A program made the position numbers and the translations under genes. Under the pieces are notes generated by a model. That model ran no database searches. It had not been told where the DNA came from and was given only the letters and a program-made list of their open reading frames with translations. This document shows, piece by piece, positions 30,412-35,875 of a DNA stretch of 35,875 bases. Positions within the stretch are counted from its first letter, which is position 1. Each line of letters opens with the position of its first letter. This stretch comes from a virus (Duplodnaviria; Caudoviricetes): the IMG/VR virus record IMGVR_UViG_3300037295_000225, positions 1 through 35,875 of that record; one strand, 5' to 3'.

Positions 30412-30750
30412 ATGCGTCCTTTATGTAAAACTTGCAGGAAAAAGCCTTGCGGTATTAATTATTATAAGCAAGATAAAACATTTTATCGAAGTCAATGCGA
30501 TACTTGTGCAAAAGATGCAAGACCTAAGAAACCGCGATGGAGTCAGTCCGGATACAAGAAAAAAAGTACATGCGAAAAATGTGGATTCAAAAGTAAATTG
30601 CCAGAACAATTCGATGTATATCATATCGATGGCAATTTAAACAGTTGTAATCCGTTGAACTTGAAAACAATATGTGCTAATTGCCAAAGAACTCTGCAAA
30701 AAGAAGGTTTAAAATGGAAACAAGGAGACTTAATTGCTGATTTTAATTGA
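30412..30750 (+). CDS. zinc-binding HNH-like protein
   Basis: Four CxxC pairs; HIDGNLNSCNPLNLKTICANC; TATAAATA 5 nt before ATG 30412. Confidence 0.8.
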   Translation: MRPLCKTCRKKPCGINYYKQDKTFYRSQCDTCAKDARPKKPRWSQSGYKKKSTCEKCGFKSKLPEQFDVYHIDGNLNSCNPLNLKTICANCQRTLQKEGLKWKQGDLIADFN

Positions 30751-31353
30751 TGCTAGTACATTTTCATATAAGTCGCTAATAGGGCCGTTGTTGTCTATTA
30801 TTTTGTCATACGCAGTACCGACCCACGCTGTTTCTGACTGATGAACTTTTAGTTCGTTTAGCTGATTGATGTCTTGAATATTTCCCCGATTGGCAGATAT
30901 TGCTGTATCATACCATATAGGTAAAGGTCCACGCTGTACCCAAAATATTTTACCCCCGCCATTTTGCACAGCAGCAATTTCGTTAGGAAATCTGCAGTCA
31001 CTTATTACTATGTTGTCTGCGCTATTTCGAATTTTGTTTTCTAAGCTGGCAATCCATATATCGTTATGAAATTGCGCACGGCAAACATCAGTGCCCCAAT
31101 ATTGTAATATCCATCTTGGAGTTAGTGTTGGCATATTTAATCTGTCTGCCCACCAATGATCTACTGATTCTCTCCACTCTCTCGCTTCTTTAGTTCTGCC
31201 TTCCAATAAAGTTCGATCCCACCCAAATATACTGCTAATTGAATCCTTTAACGTCGATGCAAAACTTTCCCGTCTAAACTCGTGAAAATTAACCAAATAA
31301 TCTGCAACTGTATCTTTCCCTGCACCAATAAATCCCACAATACCTATCAGCAT
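30730..31353 (-). CDS. gp1: deoxynucleoside monophosphate kinase
   Basis: GFIGAGKDT, SFASTLKD, TPRWILQYWGTD, ISDCRFPNE, HQSE. Confidence 0.92.
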   Translation of the reverse strand: MLIGIVGFIGAGKDTVADYLVNFHEFRRESFASTLKDSISSIFGWDRTLLEGRTKEAREWRESVDHWWADRLNMPTLTPRWILQYWGTDVCRAQFHNDIWIASLENKIRNSADNIVISDCRFPNEIAAVQNGGGKIFWVQRGPLPIWYDTAISANRGNIQDINQLNELKVHQSETAWVGTAYDKIIDNNGPISDLYENVLASIKISN

Positions 31354-31372
31354 TTATTTTCTCCTTAGTACT

Positions 31373-31401
31373 ATACTAAGGGATTACTTTTTATATGTCA
31401 A
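31373..31401 (-). promoter_or_regulatory. sigma70-like promoter for dNMP kinase
   Basis: TTGACA-N17-TAGTAT. Confidence 0.65.
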
Positions 31402-31467
31402 CATTATATAAGGCCAGTACATTAATATAATATAAGGAAAAATCAGTGGAACGAGTATAGGTATCAT
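31384..31467 (-). CDS. candidate 27-aa hydrophobic peptide MIPILVPLIFPYIILMYWPYIMLTYKK
   Basis: Hand translation; TAATG overlap with upstream stop. Confidence 0.4.
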   Translation of the reverse strand: MIPILVPLIFPYIILMYWPYIMLTYKK

Positions 31468-31778
31468 TATTTAATAAGCTTATTAAGTTGTCTTATTATT
31501 CTGCTGGCAATATTAACCTTTTTTGCTCTTTTGGTTTTTCTTGCCTGCATAGGTGCGGTTCTAGCTCGAGTTAGTTTCATTCGCTGCGCTTGTGCTATAT
31601 TAGGATGTGCAGAGCATTGATTTGGATGGCTAACTATGCGTCCTTTTCTTGGACCTGTAGTACAACGAAATTTCATCTTATAAGCAGAACTTTTTACTCC
31701 GGGCCTGACCCGCCCAAATGCTGCTCGTGTTTCATATAATTCGTGGTCTTGTTCTGAAAGAAATTCAAATGCTCTCAT
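31467..31778 (-). CDS. basic protein, putative head/DNA-binding
   Basis: Start MRAFEFLSE; Arg/Lys-rich; FRCTTGPRKGRIVS motif. Confidence 0.7.
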   Translation of the reverse strand: MRAFEFLSEQDHELYETRAAFGRVRPGVKSSAYKMKFRCTTGPRKGRIVSHPNQCSAHPNIAQAQRMKLTRARTAPMQARKTKRAKKVNIASRIIRQLNKLIK

Positions 31779-31780
31779 AC

Positions 31781-32539
31781 TTAACCTATAATCCAAGAAT
31801 AACCAATACCACCACTAGCAGAACTTCTCATTTCTTCGGTCAAGCGTTCTATATCTGCTATACCTTCTGCTTTTAAACTAGCGCCGTTTAACGCTGTTCC
31901 GCCTTGCGGACCAGCTATACTAGCAAACTTTTCACGAGCTTGCCCTAGCATAATTTTACAATTAGCTAAGCTATAGTCCTTGACCCACTGTCCCGCATAC
32001 GTGTCTTCGATAATATTAAAATCTGGACGGACATTATATACCCACAGCAATACTTCTTCATCAGTACGTGGTCTTTGTTGAATAATTAATTTTCTACTTT
32101 GAGAATTCCATGTAAAGTTAATAAAGCTACCGAACATTTTACCTATTAATTCCTGGTACTGTGCAAATAATTCATAAGTTAACAGACCACCCATGTTGGT
32201 ACTACTTAACAAATAAGTGTTAGTATAGGCCATGTTAAATGGTTCAAACACCGTCCCCCCGTTGCCGCCACCTGATCTCGATCCAATACTTCTTCTAAAA
32301 ATTTGTCGAACTTGTTGAATCTCTTTTGGAAGAATGTATTCGTTTTGTTCTTCTTTTAATGTAAGAAATGTGTAGCTTTCTTCCACAGCATTATCGCTAC
32401 GCTGGCGGTAAATTGCAAGGGCTCTGTCTAATGCTGTTTGATAATGGATAGGATCGAGTTCGATATCTATCATTCCATCGCCTAGCATAGTTTTGCAATA
32501 GTTATAAACACTCTGTCTTGATTGGTCTAGTTGGCTCAT
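31781..32539 (-). CDS. gp13: neck protein gp13
   Basis: LGDGMIDIEL, WVKDYSLA, LGQAREKF, GGTALNG, terminal IIG. Confidence 0.85.
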   Translation of the reverse strand: MSQLDQSRQSVYNYCKTMLGDGMIDIELDPIHYQTALDRALAIYRQRSDNAVEESYTFLTLKEEQNEYILPKEIQQVRQIFRRSIGSRSGGGNGGTVFEPFNMAYTNTYLLSSTNMGGLLTYELFAQYQELIGKMFGSFINFTWNSQSRKLIIQQRPRTDEEVLLWVYNVRPDFNIIEDTYAGQWVKDYSLANCKIMLGQAREKFASIAGPQGGTALNGASLKAEGIADIERLTEEMRSSASGGIGYSWIIG

Positions 32540-32543
32540 ACTG

Positions 32544-32566
32544 TTATTTATCGCGGCGATAAATAA
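32544..32566. promoter_or_regulatory. back-to-back late promoters forming an inverted repeat
   Basis: TTATTTATCGC-G-GCGATAAATAA between divergent neck genes. Confidence 0.75.
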
Positions 32567-32573
32567 TAGCACT

Positions 32574-34016
32574 ATGCCAAGACTTTCACTTTACAGACCC
32601 ACTAAGGGCAATGATTACAAATTTATCGACAATACCGCTTGGGAAATGTTTCAAGTCGGCGGAACTGATGTTTTAATTCACAGATACCTAGGGCCTGGGT
32701 CTACTCCGCAGTGGGATAACGCTACTACGTATGCTGCAGGAACATTGGTAAGTAGAAAAAACATAGTATATAAAGCCGTTGTACAAAATACCAATAACAG
32801 ACCACCTAATACCACATATTGGGAAAAGATTAGAGAAGGCACTGCTAGCCAGCCTGTGTATTCTGAGGATAATCCATTTAACATTCAGGATCTGCTGTTT
32901 TTAGAAAATCGTAGTCGCAAATACGACAATGATGTATACATTTTAAGAGGTGTGTACAGCATCAGCGATATAGACTTTAACCTTAGTCAGTTTGGATTAT
33001 TTTTACAAAATGACACAGTGTTTATTACATTTCATATTAACGACACTGTAAAAAAATTAGGAAGGAAATTAATATCCGGTGATGTAATAGAACTGCCGCA
33101 CTTAAAAGACGAATGGGCATTGAATGATCTATCATTTGCTCTTAAAAGATTCTATGTGGTAGAAGAAGTTAGCAGAGCAGCAGAGGGTTATTCTGTAACA
33201 TGGTATCCACATCTATATCGTGCTAAATGTAAGCCGTTAGTTGACAGCGAAGAATTTAAAGATATTTTAAATAATGTTGCAGATCGTGACAATCTTAAAG
33301 GTCCCTGGGAACAAGGTGTTATATATTATCCCGGTGATATAGTAACAGGTGCCGACGGAAAAGATTATACTTGTATTGCCGATCTCACTGGAACAACTAC
33401 TATACCCCCGGATGCTAACAATTGGGAATTGGCAGATAGCTTAAGAGATATCATCAGCACGTACAATACAGAAATGCAAATTACTTCTGCAGTGCTTGAT
33501 CAAGCAGAAGAAGATGCTCCTCGTAGTGGATGGGATACTAGTAAATTTTACACTATACAAAAAGATGCTAACGGAAGGGTTGAATTAGTCGATGCAGGAG
33601 CAGAGCAAGAACAAGTGTTTCGCAATCCTGAATACAGCGACTACGAAGGACAATGGCTGGTAGGTGACGGGCAACCTCCTAACGGTGCTCCGTTTACTTC
33701 CGGCATTAGTTTTCCATTAGTTGCCATCGACGGGCAATATTGTTTACGTACAGATTACAAACCTAATCGACTATTTCGATACAATGGCACACGTTGGGTT
33801 AAAATGGAAGACAATGTGCGTATGACTATGAGCAATATGGGTTACACTGATGTTGTTCCTGGCGGTAGCCCAAATGATATCTTCGAAGGCAAGGAAGTTA
33901 GACAAAATCAAAAATCTACATTCATTAATAACGAAACCGTTTCGACAATTAATGAAAAACAAATTAAAGAAAAACAGGCATTAAGTAAGATTTTAAGACC
34001 ACGGGCAGACGAATAA
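32574..34016 (+). CDS. gp14: neck protein gp14-like with inserted modules
   Basis: GGTDV, LSQFGLFL, GDVIELPH, WYPHLY; between gp13 and gp15 homologs. Confidence 0.7.
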   Translation: MPRLSLYRPTKGNDYKFIDNTAWEMFQVGGTDVLIHRYLGPGSTPQWDNATTYAAGTLVSRKNIVYKAVVQNTNNRPPNTTYWEKIREGTASQPVYSEDNPFNIQDLLFLENRSRKYDNDVYILRGVYSISDIDFNLSQFGLFLQNDTVFITFHINDTVKKLGRKLISGDVIELPHLKDEWALNDLSFALKRFYVVEEVSRAAEGYSVTWYPHLYRAKCKPLVDSEEFKDILNNVADRDNLKGPWEQGVIYYPGDIVTGADGKDYTCIADLTGTTTIPPDANNWELADSLRDIISTYNTEMQITSAVLDQAEEDAPRSGWDTSKFYTIQKDANGRVELVDAGAEQEQVFRNPEYSDYEGQWLVGDGQPPNGAPFTSGISFPLVAIDGQYCLRTDYKPNRLFRYNGTRWVKMEDNVRMTMSNMGYTDVVPGGSPNDIFEGKEVRQNQKSTFINNETVSTINEKQIKEKQALSKILRPRADE

Positions 34017-35662
34017 TGGATCATTTTTACGATGGGCAGATACGAAGATATGTAACGCAGTTTATGAGAATTTTTATCGGGTTTCAATGTAAATCCAGCG
34101 ACGGTAGCTTGCGGCATGTGCCAGTTACTTACGGAGATATGAACAGGCAAGTAGCAAGTATTATAAAAGAAAATTCAGAAAATAAGATACCGTCAGTTCC
34201 TAAAATTGCCTGCTACATTACTGGATTGGAATTAGATAAGACTAGGCTAAGCGATCCAACATTTGTTAGTAAACTAAACATCAGAGAAAGAGATTGGCAA
34301 AACAATGACGGCGAAATAACATATAATAACTCGCAAGGCCGAGGATACACTATAGAAAGATTGATGCCAACTCCATTTAATCTGACTATGAAGACAGATA
34401 TATGGACTAATAATGTCGAACAAAAGCTTCAGTTGTTCGAGCAAATTATGGTGCTGTTTAATCCTAGTCTTGCAATACAAACTACTGATAACTACGTCGA
34501 TTGGACTAGTTTAAGTGTTGTGGAATTGCAAAATATTATTTTTAGCTCACGGTCTGTGCCACAAGGAGTAGATACTGACATCGATGTAATGAGCTTGGAA
34601 TTTAAAATGCCCACATATATTACTCCTCCTGCTAAAGTTAAAAAATTAGGAATAGTTCGAAATGTTGTTATGAATGTATTCAGCGATACTGGAGATGCAC
34701 TAGCATTAGACGACCTGATTTATAATCAAAGTTTAGGTGAAGACGGCAGTGATTTAAAATTTAAAAAAACTACAAACAACTACAGTGTTCTTTTGTTAAA
34801 AAGTGACAATGGGCAAGACCATGATTATAATTTAACTTTAAGTAATCCGCGTCAAGCTGCTAATAACTTAGGATTAGAATTTTCCAAAAATACAGCTAGT
34901 AATTTAAACTGGAACGAGATCTTAGAACTGTATAGTAAAAACACACCAGGTATTAGTAAAATTTATTTCTTACAACCTAGTGGAAATGAAATCGAAGGAA
35001 CATTTGTAGTAAACGTTACTGATCCTACTATATTATTAGTTACTATCGAATCTAAGCCTAGCAATACTATTATAAACAGTACAGCATTCCCTAATGGCAA
35101 AACTGTAATCGATGCTATTATAGATCCCTACAAATTTAATCCAATCGAAGTATTTGGACAAGCAGAAAATATACCTGTTGGTACAAGGTACCTTATGCTA
35201 GATGATGTTAACAATAGTACTAGCACAGGGGGATTTACCAACACAATTTCCAACGACGGAGTTACTTTAGAACTGTACGACGGCCCTGACGCTTGGAAAA
35301 ACTTAGACGGAAGCGACCCATTGATAGTCGCAAACAGTATTATAGAGTGGACTGGAACTAAATGGGAGAATTTGTTATTGTCATGGACTATTAGTAAATT
35401 GCCCCGTAGCAGTACTATTGTATACAAGCAAGGTCAAATAATAATTCACACCGATATAGCATACCGAGCAACTGAAGACATCACTAGCTCTGGCAATATC
35501 GTTACTCCTGACGAAAATGACAAGTTTGAAAAACTCGACGTTATATATGTTACTAATTTAAAAACAGGAATACAATATAGGTTGATCGACGGACAATGGC
35601 TTAAAAGTTTTGAGGGCGACTACCGTTCAGGATACTGGAGATTCAACATGGATCCGTTATAA
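34016..35662 (+). CDS. gp15: tail terminator/sheath stabilizer gp15 with C-terminal extension
   Basis: HFYDGQIRRY, VPVTYG, MPTPFNL, QLFEQI..LFNP, PPAKVKK. Confidence 0.8.
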   Translation: MDHFYDGQIRRYVTQFMRIFIGFQCKSSDGSLRHVPVTYGDMNRQVASIIKENSENKIPSVPKIACYITGLELDKTRLSDPTFVSKLNIRERDWQNNDGEITYNNSQGRGYTIERLMPTPFNLTMKTDIWTNNVEQKLQLFEQIMVLFNPSLAIQTTDNYVDWTSLSVVELQNIIFSSRSVPQGVDTDIDVMSLEFKMPTYITPPAKVKKLGIVRNVVMNVFSDTGDALALDDLIYNQSLGEDGSDLKFKKTTNNYSVLLLKSDNGQDHDYNLTLSNPRQAANNLGLEFSKNTASNLNWNEILELYSKNTPGISKIYFLQPSGNEIEGTFVVNVTDPTILLVTIESKPSNTIINSTAFPNGKTVIDAIIDPYKFNPIEVFGQAENIPVGTRYLMLDDVNNSTSTGGFTNTISNDGVTLELYDGPDAWKNLDGSDPLIVANSIIEWTGTKWENLLLSWTISKLPRSSTIVYKQGQIIIHTDIAYRATEDITSSGNIVTPDENDKFEKLDVIYVTNLKTGIQYRLIDGQWLKSFEGDYRSGYWRFNMDPL

Positions 35663-35669
35663 GTACAAT

Positions 35670-35875
35670 ATGAAAACTCGTGCAGGTTTATTGTATCTTG
35701 CTAAATCCACTAAAAGAGTCTTGTTAATATTAGAAGAGTCTAAATGGACTGTTCCAACTTTTGATAGAACCAACGGATTAATCAAAGATGCAGAACATTT
35801 ATTCAATGCATACAGCCAGGGCAAAGTCATGCCTATAGAACTGTATTTGTCAGAAGATCGCGGATTCGAATACGG
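35670..35875 (+). CDS. partial ORF, Nudix-fold-like N-terminus
   Basis: MKTRAGLLYLAKSTKRVLLILEESKW..., open to window end; TAAGTA 4 nt upstream. Confidence 0.55.
   Translation, partial: MKTRAGLLYLAKSTKRVLLILEESKWTVPTFDRTNGLIKDAEHLFNAYSQGKVMPIELYLSEDRGFEY

Overview
AT-rich segment of a large T4-like (myovirus) phage genome in the standard genetic code. From left to right: short plus-strand early-type ORFs and a structured intergenic element (1-1.6 kb); a mostly minus-strand replication/recombination block (gp41 helicase, carbamoyltransferase, primase, a 191-aa miniature DnaE-like polymerase, gp62-like protein, UvsW, UvsY, UvsX, gp32); a 1036-aa modular protein; a packaging/virion block (terminase, putative TerS, gp4, tube-like protein, gp19, giant gp18, HNH, dNMP kinase, gp13, gp14, gp15). 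The clearest unusual system is the fractured large terminase. It is encoded in two genes joined by an atypically split intein (39-aa N part, 110-aa C part) placed in the Walker B motif, with a free-standing Vsr/EDxHD-like endonuclease and its own late promoter between the halves. Also notable: the minimal DnaE core, apparently leaderless transcripts from TAAATA and sigma70 promoters, a possible dead Hint-fold gene, head-targeted modular proteins and carbohydrate-binding-like modules in the neck proteins. All calls come from reading motifs by eye; no searches were run.
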